This document shows, piece by piece, positions 28,801-36,335 of a DNA stretch of 64,000 nt. Position 1 is the stretch's first letter; each line of letters begins with the position of its first letter. Position numbers and translations under genes: made by a program. Origin of the DNA: a virus; IMG/VR virus record IMGVR_UViG_3300032334_002236, positions 22,914 to 86,913 of that record; one strand, given 5' to 3'. A model generated the notes under the pieces. It had not been told where the DNA came from, ran no database searches, and saw only the letters and a program-made list of their open reading frames with translations.

Positions 28801-31258
28801 GCCATTCTCCCTGGTGATAGTGATACACCACGCCTTGGTTCTCGATGCCACTGTCAACTACAACTACATCACCTTCTGTAGCAGTGCCCACAGGTGTGAG
28901 TGTTATCTGGCTGGCTTCATTAGTGAATGTGTAACTGGTACCAGCTGGCACATCAGTGGTGACACTGTTGCTCAGGTATATCTGGTTGCGATCGTGATCG
29001 ATCACGACCACAGTACATCCTGGTACTAGCCCTGGTCCTGTGACCAGATCACCCACACGTATGGTACTAACATTTCCAAGTTGTAGCACACGGGTATCAG
29101 CAGGTATGAAGCTCAATGCCTGGAAGTTGCTGTTACGGAAGCTCTGCGCCAGCACATTTTTAACTTGATAGATGGTTTTTCTTATTTCTGGTCTAGTATC
29201 TGTGGCAAATATGATCTTGATGCCATCCACTAATAGTATGCCATCACAGTTGTATTGACCGAAATAAACCTGTTCTGCAGCCAACACATCACCAGTGAGT
29301 TCTTTGCTCAAGGTGATCTGTTTATTCTGTACATCTACCTTGGTAACCCTGGTGTCTGTATGGATGTTTACCCCAGTGATCAATTGGTTTACAGCCACAC
29401 CTGATATATCACCTAATGTTAAAACATTAGTGCCAACAGCAGCATCCAGTATGGTCTGGTGGAAGAAGAATTCGCTCTGTAAGCTGAGGTTGTTCAGTCC
29501 CAGTACCTGATTGAAAGCATCAGTCGTGGTCTGATCGTAGATGTTTACAGTGGTCAGGAACTTCTGTCCATGATCAAATAACTGGATGTCTGGAACAAAT
29601 TCCACTATGGGACGCTGTGCTTGGAAATTGGGGTTCAACACCAGTTGCTTTCCGGTTATGGAAGCCACATAATCCAATATGCTGCGATGGAACCAACGAT
29701 TATTACGGCTCCAGGCATTGCGATCCCTGCTGCCACGGCTGATGGTGATGTAGTCTGGAATCACAGGATTATTCTGGCTGCTGTCGTATCCACTGGTGTC
29801 ATAAGGATCAAAATCATATTCACCACCCAGATAATAATTGAATAATTCAGGTGTGACAAATTCCTTCCATGGCATCAGTCGGCAACCATGACTGAGATTT
29901 TCCACCACATATACCTGTCCATTATATTCAGGAGGATTGACGTTTCCACCAAAGGTCACTTTCAATCCATTACTGAATCGGATTCCATTGGGACTGGTAT
30001 ATTCTGTGGAACCCAGGATGTCACTGATGTTAAGCACACTGTTGGGATCTGGATCCAGCAACCTGATCTCACCCACGAAATCAGGATTGCTGCTGTCTTG
30101 GTAATACAGCTTGTCCATGAGTGCAGTAAGAGTGGGAAATTTCTGTAGTGTGTCAAGCAGATCCCGGTATACCCATATGTGTCCATAGGTGTTGCCTTCT
30201 GTGACAAACACACGCCGGTTCCTGTCCAGGTCGCTGACATAAACCAATTGGATGATGTTGTTGGTGTCCACGCTGACTTGCCACACACCCAGTTGTTGTT
30301 CCAGCGGTATATGAGCAGGCCAACCTGCTGTATTATTGATTATGATATTCCTGCTACCAGTGGTGTTTAACCTGGTGCCATCAAGATCTTTATTTTTCAG
30401 AAAATTAGCAAATAAATTGCCTTGCAATTCATTATAAGGCAGATCGGTTATCACATCCACTGTGACGGTAGAAATGGGCATGTTATATAATCTATCTTGT
30501 GCATCTCTCAGAGGCACACCAAAGCTGATCACACCGTTGTCAGTGCCATTATTGACCACACCCAGTATCTGCCTGCTATCGATATTGTGTTGATATTGTG
30601 TATGCCCTGACAGTCCAGGTTCTGTCTGTATCCAGAACTTATATCCAGGTTGATCCACATGGAAATTATAAATGCGGCCACGCACTAGATATAATACAGG
30701 GTTCACGTTTTCCACTTCAGCAAAAACATAACCTGTTTGTGTCTGCTGCGGGCTGGTCTTCCTGCTGATGTGGTAATCACTCACAGCATCGTCTGTGACG
30801 TTGGCGTTCACTTCCACTGCGGCAGGTCCTGATGGAACCCAATAATATTGGCGATAGTTCACCAATTTGTCCAGTTCTGTGAAACTGTTGTAATTGTAAT
30901 ATTCCTGTCCGAACAACCTGGCGTGATCATTGATCACGCTGCCATCATTGCCGCATTGATTCAGCATATCCACATAGTTGTAGACATTACCATCCACTAT
31001 CAGGTCGCTGTTGTTCTGTTTGTTGCGCACTCGCAATCCAGGTTCCAGCTGATAGAATTGGCTGTAAGAATCAGACTCAGTGATGTAGCTGTCATTGACC
31101 CGGAAATTATTACTCAGATCTTTCTGTCCCACATAACCATAGATGGGTTTTAATGAAGGTTCCTGTATCAACTGATCCACAGTGGCATTGAGGAATTTTT
31201 CATTCGTATTTGTCTGGAAAATATTTGGTAAGAACTTTTTAGTGCTGCGTTTTGCCAT
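16838..31258 (-). CDS. Giant (4806 aa) baseplate wedge-like virion protein
   Basis: Directly downstream of the gp6-like gene (the gp7 position). Contains FG-GAP-like propeller repeats, W...T.Y..GD/QVV CBM5/12-like motifs and a duplicated C-terminal flagellin-like domain. Confidence 0.8.
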   Translation of the reverse strand: MAKRSTKKFLPNIFQTNTNEKFLNATVDQLIQEPSLKPIYGYVGQKDLSNNFRVNDSYITESDSYSQFYQLEPGLRVRNKQNNSDLIVDGNVYNYVDMLNQCGNDGSVINDHARLFGQEYYNYNSFTELDKLVNYRQYYWVPSGPAAVEVNANVTDDAVSDYHISRKTSPQQTQTGYVFAEVENVNPVLYLVRGRIYNFHVDQPGYKFWIQTEPGLSGHTQYQHNIDSRQILGVVNNGTDNGVISFGVPLRDAQDRLYNMPISTVTVDVITDLPYNELQGNLFANFLKNKDLDGTRLNTTGSRNIIINNTAGWPAHIPLEQQLGVWQVSVDTNNIIQLVYVSDLDRNRRVFVTEGNTYGHIWVYRDLLDTLQKFPTLTALMDKLYYQDSSNPDFVGEIRLLDPDPNSVLNISDILGSTEYTSPNGIRFSNGLKVTFGGNVNPPEYNGQVYVVENLSHGCRLMPWKEFVTPELFNYYLGGEYDFDPYDTSGYDSSQNNPVIPDYITISRGSRDRNAWSRNNRWFHRSILDYVASITGKQLVLNPNFQAQRPIVEFVPDIQLFDHGQKFLTTVNIYDQTTTDAFNQVLGLNNLSLQSEFFFHQTILDAAVGTNVLTLGDISGVAVNQLITGVNIHTDTRVTKVDVQNKQITLSKELTGDVLAAEQVYFGQYNCDGILLVDGIKIIFATDTRPEIRKTIYQVKNVLAQSFRNSNFQALSFIPADTRVLQLGNVSTIRVGDLVTGPGLVPGCTVVVIDHDRNQIYLSNSVTTDVPAGTSYTFTNEASQITLTPVGTATEGDVVVVDSGIENQGVVYHYHQGEWQRSQQKLGIPQPPLFEIVDKQTDSFGHNQKYLGTNFKGSRLFGYADATGTSDKVLGIPLKYQNIGNIGDIVFTNYYHTDVFNYTQDSKNTQRHIRTGYAASIDPDSRIKYLTGWDRVRERSRQKVVYSVDVNIVRVNDFIFKTTYEESGRLIDAKIRVNARLMDKNSYDIIVQDKYVTLHLHQDLSVGDRLTVMIAGIAGDTYATYEIPVNLGVNNKNELITDVTLGQMRNHLIEISSNSMEFSGEASGINNSRDIDLTGVPGKLLQHSAGMWAHTTLSLNPDCNIISAIRQNMTAYGQFMINLHDQINNTNFADTSNIRQCLDLVLATLSQDAKPTDPYYHTDMAAHGLPDYSNQYPVINLGYRSYNLNQNYDLQESNYTSILAYRNNILLLRGKDYTVQGYTLTLSNDLAIFLNDTITILEYASTQANVIPATPSKLGLYPLSMPVIETDNTYTTPIQVIIGHDGSITPAYGDYRDNILMEYERRVYNNCQTFYRDDENTGINSMKPGAFRKTDYTMTEWNKFIGQSLLEWSGQFAIDIFENTGTGYDAFTINYNSGRDVIYSEQVPGHWRGIYQYFYDTDQPHHKPWQMLGFADMPDWWTAAYGSAPYTNANMTMWMDLEMGFIRGSNPGQARLDVRYSRPGLSQIIPVDSHGNLLSPDSFLVKNYQDFSTTNDWKVGDWAPAENSWRRSSYYPFAIQIACALARPAEYASLRFNTRDQIRDVLTGQLVDKQTNTREWNHKLSDSTDFHAGTNVWVRDFILSRNQQLQHTWYDFVENSQINLVYKLAGYTDKQQLILLADQVSPQTTNNSIMIPNENYHVVFSKSSVIARAIYSAVTIVRIGDTYKIYGFDTVKPYFLLTPVLDTNNSYTLTVGTDSILIYEKFSTNVISMPYGQILANKQAVVNFLMGYGHYLAQQGFQFDDILDDQQTVSNWTLAVKEFLFWNQQHWGQDVVISVTPAGVSLKFHSDYGAVETLSNRSDYTRLVDSDGRTLKSSDYRIYRDGNDFHIQTRSQNKGIHLLDLSVVQYEHALVLDNRTVFNDVIFDPVMGNRQSRIKIQGNKTQDWNGSLYAPGYLINVRPVENWQSYTDYYRGDVTFHKNHYYTAKNFTPGAGKFNHGLWYEISGDLLQHQLIPNPAYDASQFLGFYDVDKQNVNALADMYGRHATGFSKRRYLNALGLDVVSQHKFYLGMLKQKGSQAVVQAFIRAQNESLDTSIEIQELFAVRLDRFGNTQQQQLFELDLAGISSINNQYALAFQDATDQDLPGANNYRQTDLIQCPYEYDKNIFAGVAKPQILGDTGPVRSSEVSATVFNIQKIDQIDSINSLLGEGSLVWVANDNAGQWATYRVTLTDRIYVTNCSQTAPNELTFTTDIAHGFQVLDVIMLHSTVLNNTNNQVDLAGFYTIKAVAGAYFTVNVKNNISIGTQTIRSLVYKLVNVRFTDKFSFGDFQPARGWKNGDIVYIDHDPKDYSVLQNTDSWQFDKMISPIYTHPVDRYGERVVINSRQNYSVVNSPGRGSTGAVYLYTLDTSNNWNQTSRLNPANAAISDFGKEISISDQDRVCISGTCAGRGIVHVAEIVDREISIKQIIYYAFTDGDMAGMTVSKDGNWLYVTDSVNGQLYSFRYTTVISGSVSYTGDSTSQEYAFPSAAQTKLLQANDVTVMIDQVVQIPNLDYTLSPNPDNIFFTVAPDLDSVITIHYRDYYKLVGAYEGTNSSDWGSSISTDATGRRIAVGHKSYGGYGTVEILEREVRIVKATASQTKFHIDVLGQNNTNTISTGEPYYMDPVITVDQQIRTDYMLGRQSLVIQRIIEIDGQAVLTVLDHGMADQDQVQISGPVPANFVNNTAYYVQYVDKDTLKLCTDRDISNVVLYTDPNPYNFNSCNISYQIVVLSQPVDAGAQISVEYSRLISTANVLPALVNDSLEFGQEVKLDQTGAELVVGAPGYRYTNNRNGAIFRYLDTHLKYNQVTSNVVLPVIPANSCLYINDHLLRFATGSTQDILDTINNAGILGISAALVSSKIQIIAAPPAIMRLRNGLTDVLSLLGMSSWNHSQLILSPLTQDTEKFGERITLSPDGQLLLVGTSVSDNYKITTFDNGALTFDNRTLVDLKDKTYRSGTAYLYELQGPGDTDRPDKYVYASTLSHKDLSTQSKFGTGVAISENWLAIGSPSGNVNDQPQGTLYIYKNPVAERVWKTLRRKGAEYDSSRITHAYLYDRNTRTKMQDLIVLDPLHSKFAPTVASKLNYISNTDPAVYTNAPNRLTFNTDQRSSWGYQQVGQTWWDTNNIKLMDQDQGDIIFKLNTWNNAFPNSSISIYQWIESDVPPLEFSTANGKTKPLYVQTDVYSTRTIVDNITGAAQVRYYFWVRNSNLNDVSTIEMEQILASPRQQDQAYISVLDTNLLGLYNCQGLIGSDTSLILRTSESDTSVTHSEWAVFDDGSDLGTNQEIYDKIRHSLSGQDDQDRPVPDTRLPEKQRYGTSVRPRQTVFGDLYQARQSYFLQLNEFCKNVCITLIRPSFLAALGRHDPVPDSSHYVTSVQDLTELGYLDQRLYTLGAKVLVSQDSDVSGGWSIRELRKDPQNKFYWYLVRVQTYDVRKYWTSTDWYSPEYTQDTKTNYNIDNEGEINNLPLALGDVIYIRNSDAGGWKMCLVTGNGLTLLAQQGATVSFSDNLWDNSQNGLGLDGSSLDSTSYGKDCNKEVSVIFQAVIEHLMTQEFRTDLKSIMRSLMNLQLSQTLDADWVMKTSLVDMYQRVRKLDQLPVFLPDIQNSISEFFQEIKPFHVYLKKYVARYDNMQNPDVAQLDITDFDLQPYYNIDASRYRSPQLNNQIDQVALARTVYAPWLNNHAYGAERVRMIHTGTGYIASTVSVKIYGNGTGAKAKATVVNGVITKITVTDPGKGYTQASVTITGINDTPAVAAVHLGLGLARNIKTQLKFDRYTYSNQVQDWKPDTSYKLDQVVSYIDPAFRCVVDHVSNNRFNMLNFRLMIIRIWTPDTSYNKEDVVIYRDSLWDHTGPVAYVVTESFVSGNDFDAAKLRPYAGNWLDNAADRIWSYYQTGPGKAGRDLSQLMAGIKHAGVQVIGPGFDQASGYDQPAYDQAPYDPVYRDELGLDIIRGPQAIDTIYTSQFTDQMLGIRPEDIITEGGQFVDANNVPAPEELLPGRLMDTLDITVTTSATDMLTHYINPEIRQVAYVSDGIQQVYSWSDVSLPQAGSEFVWVAVEKYGPLDLDLDYTLDLSGKNVILTNPAVAGLTLQINIWGSTGFAQSSNARYISDGVTRTFLLPDVSLVDCKQVYVRIQQDHYTDFTLSKTDNGVLVTLAHKPKLNDEISLHSYGYDNGLRSYARINEYTYSTSAGAPVNYNLVLADPVLQEEPAIVHTIVRVNNTYLTPSSQAYYTANGMTSKFSLSQLRYVSNLNLIRDSDIVVVVDGITMKNRIEYQVVRVAGQWPQIQFNVTPLPGSQIIISDSSYSDYRIHSTNSVTIDPSLGLHDTDRVHVLTLTNHDMIDLKTWVYTGNNMGTYVNVNAGFDGDILDDSPFDNELSQIRTDLPFVLPVDIEDPGAVMITINGMLQMPYLDYRLIGKNRIIFDQYIADADIIVVRAFGSANRNRWSKFRIFKDLTDTTTYQVIKQDHMTYLTQDLYQADEWIYVADLSRLADSDPSVNKPGVVFVNGERITYGVKDLANSRLGLLRRGTAGTGAADRHDTFSILQDASDMMNIPQSTETELLTEGIDATWLGLTLGSFAAVNVVAGTSMLAPRTEITGSIRIDGQDISIGYLTTNITANRSKITNAINAVSSITGVTAIDSGSDTTGIKLSDLIGQDIVVDISGGFTDSNGADLGYTGLQQGTSPLSAITVVPGSAMTAPSASTSTQILINGTIVNLLLTTNTATNRSRIVTSINALTAFTGVIAADTGNDATGITLTGTPGFSIFTQLIDVVITNKAGQLVTVANGQKLRQGHLWIKPGQTLHESDSIQARYIRSA

Positions 31259-31272
31259 TATTTTTTACCTGA

Positions 31273-34200
31273 TCATCTCTGGTTAGTTAAAGCTAGGCCA
31301 GCATTGTTGATGCCACTCAACACACCGGTGGTTATTTCAATATTATCCACAGTGGCAGCACTAAGGAATATCTCATTGGGTAGACATCTGATTTCATACA
31401 AGCTGCCGAAAACACTGTTGGTGTCTTGTGGTGCGATTATTATGCTGTTGAGCAAACCGGGCAATTTGCTGTGCAGATAGGCACTGAGTTCGGAAAAATA
31501 AAATGTCTCGCCGAAATCCCAGTTTTCCAGAGCAAAATAATCCTGTATGTGATCCACTATACGGCTCTTCAATTCGTTGTCACTGATGCTGGTGTTGGTG
31601 TTCTTGACAACATAGAATTTAGCTTGTAGACTTAACATAGCTCTGTTGCCAAACAATAACTTATATCTGCCAGGATTGATCACCAGTTCGTCTGATATCA
31701 TCTTGTTACGGAACAACCCACCATAGCTGTTGTTCAGTGTCACACTATCCAGCTCAGCTGGACGCATCTGTGTGTTTGTCTGATCTGCCACATAATTCCT
31801 GTACTGCTCGTCATAACTCCGGGTGATGATGAACATGTCAATCAAGTTACTTGTGGCAGGATCCAATCTGCGATCATTGTTGGCATTATGTTGGTATTGG
31901 AAATTTATCAGTTGCCTTCCAGCAAAAACCAAGTATTGGCTGGTTACATCTCTGACTGCAGGAACATTGTTGGCTGATACTATCTGATAAAATTTACGGT
32001 CAGTGACAGCATAGAACAATTTACCGATAGGGAATCCGTTCCTGGCCAACTGTATCTGGTTAAACGTGCTGTAATTGCTGGCATTGATCACTTCACCAGT
32101 GTCCAATAATTGATAACGAACCAAGCTATCACTGTCAGTATAACTCTTGTAAAACACTGTGGTATTGGAGACCACTTTGCGGAATATGTCTGGATCACTA
32201 GGCAATGTATCATTTGCACGGTTAGCATATGTGACCATTATACGGCTGCTGTCACTAAATCCGTCATTTTCCCTGATGTTATCGCTTATCCTCAGGTCCA
32301 CAGTTGCAGCCAATCCCATGTTGTTGGCCAACACCCTGATGTTGTCATACATCAGCTTGTTAGTGCTGCTGTCGAATACTGGTACCGGATTGATATTGAG
32401 GAAGCTGATCTGTTTCTTGCTGCCAAAAACCATTTCACATACACGATATGTCATGGTGTAACGGTTGCCGTCTGTCTGGAATAACACCATCCAGCTGCTG
32501 TCCAAATTAGTACCCAGTGTATTGATATCGTAATCGCCAGTGACGCTGACATTGTCTATGCTGATTATGGTCCAAGGATCTTTGAATCCACTAGTGAAAC
32601 TGCGGTTGTATACCAGTGCAAATTCCTGATGGTTGAATATCAGGTTGATGATGGTGTTGGCAGTGATGTTCTGCATGGTGGTGGACCAGGGAGCATATAC
32701 CTTGGCTACTATCGCACCAGTGGGAATATTGTCCAACAGTGTGATAGCACCTATCCTACGTCCAGCAACATAACTCACCTGCGTGCCATCTCCCACCACG
32801 TTACGGACGCCTGTCCAGAATTCCATGCGGTCGGTGGTTATGGCTGGCGTGCCAGCTATCAGCACATTGTCCTTATCGAAATAATAACCAGCAGGCGCAC
32901 GTATCAACACCAGGCTGTTGGGCAACAGATATTGAGTGTTGCTGGTGCTGAATTCTGCCACTGTCTGGCTCACACCCACGTTGTTGACAAAATATCCAGT
33001 GCAACTGCTGTTGTCATTGGTAGTACGCTGCCAGAACAGGTAGGGTTGATCCAGCAATCCGCCTATGTTGGTATAAAATGATATGCTGTTGTAGTTTTCA
33101 TAATAGAACTGGCGCATGCCATCGCTTGCGATGCTGTTCAGCAATAACTTGTTGTAGACATCCACCACTTCATTGCGATTGGTAAACACAAAGTCCTGTG
33201 TCTTGTTCTTCTGGTCCTTGTAGAATACGCCGTCATCTGCAAACAAGTTGGTGCTGCTGTAGTTTCCCGTGGGGTCATTGATCTCGATACCACGGCTGCT
33301 GCCGATACTGAAACGGTTGACTGCTTTGCTCTTGACTATGTCGCTGTATTGTGTGTAAGGAAAGCTGTTGTAATCTTCACCATTGACCATGCGGTCCTGG
33401 CTGTAGAATGCCTGTGGTGCTTTGTTTTTTATCTCTGCCATGGAATCTGCCCGGCTGGCATTACTGACAGTGTATTGCAGGCTGGCCAGTATGCTCAATG
33501 TTTCCACACGGTTACTCTTGCTGACATAGGGTATGGTTATCAGTATACGGCTCATGTTACTGGGGCTTATGCGGTATGTGGTTCCATTACTGACACGATA
33601 GTATAACCTATATGTACCATATGGAATGTTACCGAATGTGCCATCACTGAACACCAGATCTATCTGATCGTTCATCCTGCTATTGACACTATAGATGTTC
33701 CTGACACCTTTGGCCAGGTCGCTATAGATGGCGCTGCTGTTATACAAGCTGGGTACCTTGGTCCATAGGTCAGCAACGGTGCCATTCTGCAGATCATAGA
33801 ACCAGATGTCTTCATTGTTGATGTTGTCGCTGTTTACATTGATCAGCCTATTGGGGATCTTATCCGAGATAGTCAAATCATTGTTGAGCAGGGTCCCCTG
33901 TTTGAAATACAGGAAATAACCAGTATTACTGCTGCCATAACCTTTACCATCATCCTGATGTATCAGACCGAATTGGCCACGTGTGCCAGGGTCCTGCTCA
34001 GTTATCAGATCGCTGGTAGCGATGTTGGCACCAACTATCTCGAAAGGACTGCTGTTGGTATCCAGGTTAGCAGTGAAGCTGAATACCGGTAAGATGCTAT
34101 TGGGGGTAATGATGTTATATTGTTGGGTGAGTATGTTGCTGATATATTTGCTGGCATAGGGTCTGCCCACACGTCCTGATCCCTGAGTAGCATTCAATAT

Positions 34201-34674
34201 CTGATTGAACTGGTTCTGCCAGTTCTGGTTTCCGCTGTCATCCCAGTTTACATATACATCATTTATGTTGTTGCCATTGATATCAGTCATGTTCTCAGTG
34301 GTACTGATAGCTGATATCTTTAACAACCCGCTTGCGCTCTTGTTACGATTGGGTGAATAACCCAGTTGTTTGATCAGTTTAAGCACACTGTCACTACGGG
34401 TAGCAGTATCCAGGAAATTCTCACGAGCATTGAGATCGGTGCGGAAAGCCAATGCTTGTGCATTGAAAGCAATCAGATCCAATAATGCCACAAACTCTGA
34501 ACTTTCTATGAAGTCATTGAAATCCTCTGCGTAATAAGTGCGGATGTAATCCACCATTACCTTGCGCATGGTTTCGAAATCATAACTCTGGAAATTGGCA
34601 TCACTGAAGGTGGTGTACAGCGTCTTCCAATCTTGCAAAGCGAATAGATTATTTTGTCTGGTGTTACTGGCCAT
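31273..34674 (-). CDS. gp6: Baseplate wedge subunit, T4 gp6-like
   Basis: N-terminal DFETMR..M..Y....FNDFIESS...LLDLIAF...E.FL.TA....SV; FSDGTFGNIP; AP..FYSQDRMV..EDY. Confidence 0.85.
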   Translation of the reverse strand: MASNTRQNNLFALQDWKTLYTTFSDANFQSYDFETMRKVMVDYIRTYYAEDFNDFIESSEFVALLDLIAFNAQALAFRTDLNARENFLDTATRSDSVLKLIKQLGYSPNRNKSASGLLKISAISTTENMTDINGNNINDVYVNWDDSGNQNWQNQFNQILNATQGSGRVGRPYASKYISNILTQQYNIITPNSILPVFSFTANLDTNSSPFEIVGANIATSDLITEQDPGTRGQFGLIHQDDGKGYGSSNTGYFLYFKQGTLLNNDLTISDKIPNRLINVNSDNINNEDIWFYDLQNGTVADLWTKVPSLYNSSAIYSDLAKGVRNIYSVNSRMNDQIDLVFSDGTFGNIPYGTYRLYYRVSNGTTYRISPSNMSRILITIPYVSKSNRVETLSILASLQYTVSNASRADSMAEIKNKAPQAFYSQDRMVNGEDYNSFPYTQYSDIVKSKAVNRFSIGSSRGIEINDPTGNYSSTNLFADDGVFYKDQKNKTQDFVFTNRNEVVDVYNKLLLNSIASDGMRQFYYENYNSISFYTNIGGLLDQPYLFWQRTTNDNSSCTGYFVNNVGVSQTVAEFSTSNTQYLLPNSLVLIRAPAGYYFDKDNVLIAGTPAITTDRMEFWTGVRNVVGDGTQVSYVAGRRIGAITLLDNIPTGAIVAKVYAPWSTTMQNITANTIINLIFNHQEFALVYNRSFTSGFKDPWTIISIDNVSVTGDYDINTLGTNLDSSWMVLFQTDGNRYTMTYRVCEMVFGSKKQISFLNINPVPVFDSSTNKLMYDNIRVLANNMGLAATVDLRISDNIRENDGFSDSSRIMVTYANRANDTLPSDPDIFRKVVSNTTVFYKSYTDSDSLVRYQLLDTGEVINASNYSTFNQIQLARNGFPIGKLFYAVTDRKFYQIVSANNVPAVRDVTSQYLVFAGRQLINFQYQHNANNDRRLDPATSNLIDMFIITRSYDEQYRNYVADQTNTQMRPAELDSVTLNNSYGGLFRNKMISDELVINPGRYKLLFGNRAMLSLQAKFYVVKNTNTSISDNELKSRIVDHIQDYFALENWDFGETFYFSELSAYLHSKLPGLLNSIIIAPQDTNSVFGSLYEIRCLPNEIFLSAATVDNIEITTGVLSGINNAGLALTNQR

Positions 34675-34692
34675 GTATTTGCTCTTTTGATC

Positions 34693-34699
34693 TATTTAT
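34693..34699 (-). promoter_or_regulatory. Late promoter (ATAAATA)
   Basis: Upstream of the gp6-like ATG at 34674. Confidence 0.65.
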
Positions 34700-34720
34700 C
34701 GGCTATGAAATACACAGATA

Positions 34721-35107
34721 TTATAGCAGGAATAATCGCTGAGCTTGGCTATCGAATTTTATCTGTAATGTGGTGATCTGGTCGGTATTATTGAAAGCCA
34801 GGGTGCATACCACTATCAGTCCATGACCATCAGGGCTTTCCTGCAAGGTAGCACCGCTGATCACGTTTAATCTGGGATCATTACTGATGATGTTCTGTAT
34901 GTTTGTCAGTATCTCGTCCTTCAAACCTATGGTCAATGGTTCGAACAACCTGTCCCAGATAATGCATCCAAACTCGGGATTCATCAGTTTTTCACCACGA
35001 CGTATGTTGAAATTATTCAACAGATCCTGGATGATCAGATCGTTATCTGCGATCCTAAAAGGTCCGAAATCCCTGTTTACTGTGCTATAACCGCGATACA
35101 ATACCAT
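34721..35107 (-). CDS. gp25: Baseplate wedge subunit, gp25-like
   Basis: D.DLI.QDL.N.F..RRGEKLMNPEFG..I...LFEP...I...DPR motif. Confidence 0.9.
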   Translation of the reverse strand: MVLYRGYSTVNRDFGPFRIADNDLIIQDLLNNFNIRRGEKLMNPEFGCIIWDRLFEPLTIGLKDEILTNIQNIISNDPRLNVISGATLQESPDGHGLIVVCTLAFNNTDQITTLQIKFDSQAQRLFLL

Positions 35108-35119
35108 GTGGTTATTTAC

Positions 35120-36334
35120 CTACTTTCTGAACACAGGTTTACTGAACACACTGCGGCCCAACGTGACACTGCCAGTGCCTGGCAGCACATATCCACCACC
35201 GATAGGTGTTTTCCTGGTCTTGGTTTTTCCCAGGTTCTTCTGTGCCAGAGCCTGTTGGTTTATGTTATTCTGATATATCTCTCCAGACTGGCTCATGTAG
35301 GCATCAGCAGTCATCTGGGTACGCAGTGCGATGTCATTGTTTTGTATCAGTGCTGCATCAGTATCTCTCTGGCTATAAGGTTCCGTGCCCGTTTGGCTAT
35401 TGATCACTGATGTCTTATTTGTACCAGTCAATTGGCTGTTGATAGCCATACGCTGTTCTACCAATCCCTGCCGTTGGAATTTTGTATTCTGTATCTGATC
35501 ATTAAGAACTTGTTTCTTGTATGCATCAGTGGTCCTGACATATTCCGATGTGAGCGATGTTATCTGATCATCTAACAGGCTTATCTGCTTGTTTACCTGC
35601 TGGCGTTTCAGTTGGCTTGTGCCCTGGTTGCTGTCATATAATTGTGCTGTGCTATAAGCCACAGTGCCGCTCTGATTATTCTGTTTGGTTGTCAGGTGTT
35701 CCAGCATGTCTTTCTGGTTCCAATAAGATTTTATGTTCATGTCATCTGGTAATCTGGGAGGTGACTGTGCCAGATCTTGTATCTTTTCCTGCAACAAGCT
35801 GCTGGCTCCAGATGACAGCAGATCACTTGTGGGATTAACGAATCCCTTGTCGCCGTTTATTCCAGCGCCATTCTGCCAGGCATATTTTCGTGGCTGTACC
35901 AGATTGGTGAATTTCTCAGCGGTCATATTCAAAGCCAGCGCACAACCACGCAACTGGCTGTCCACATTGAACAACGAACCATCATTCAACAGGCTGATGA
36001 AATTACTGACCCAACACAACAGCGTCAGTGGATCTTTGAGATCAGGAACCTGTTGCGGTTCTATCCCTGTATTGTCTGCCATATATCTGCTGACCAATGC
36101 CACTTGCAGGGCATTTATATCTGTTATCCTCAAGTAATAGGCACACAGTTTTTCACTGGTATTATTACCCAGTTGTGCTGCATCAATGAACAATGTAGCC
36201 AGGGCTGCTATGCCCTGTTCGGCTCTGAGATAAACTGCATAGCCCCCATTGGTGCCTGATGCATATTTGTCATTTGCATTGTACAGCAAGTTGCCTGGAT
36301 TGTTGAGGTTAATACTAAGTGTCTTGTCTGCCAT
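35120..36334 (-). CDS. Virion protein with N-terminal NNPGNL lysozyme-like domain and coiled-coil tail
   Basis: NLNNPGNL...Y...EQGIAAL...T.EKL..YY pattern; starts 1 nt after the gp5-like stop. Confidence 0.55.
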   Translation of the reverse strand: MADKTLSINLNNPGNLLYNANDKYASGTNGGYAVYLRAEQGIAALATLFIDAAQLGNNTSEKLCAYYLRITDINALQVALVSRYMADNTGIEPQQVPDLKDPLTLLCWVSNFISLLNDGSLFNVDSQLRGCALALNMTAEKFTNLVQPRKYAWQNGAGINGDKGFVNPTSDLLSSGASSLLQEKIQDLAQSPPRLPDDMNIKSYWNQKDMLEHLTTKQNNQSGTVAYSTAQLYDSNQGTSQLKRQQVNKQISLLDDQITSLTSEYVRTTDAYKKQVLNDQIQNTKFQRQGLVEQRMAINSQLTGTNKTSVINSQTGTEPYSQRDTDAALIQNNDIALRTQMTADAYMSQSGEIYQNNINQQALAQKNLGKTKTRKTPIGGGYVLPGTGSVTLGRSVFSKPVFRK

Positions 36335-36335
36335 A

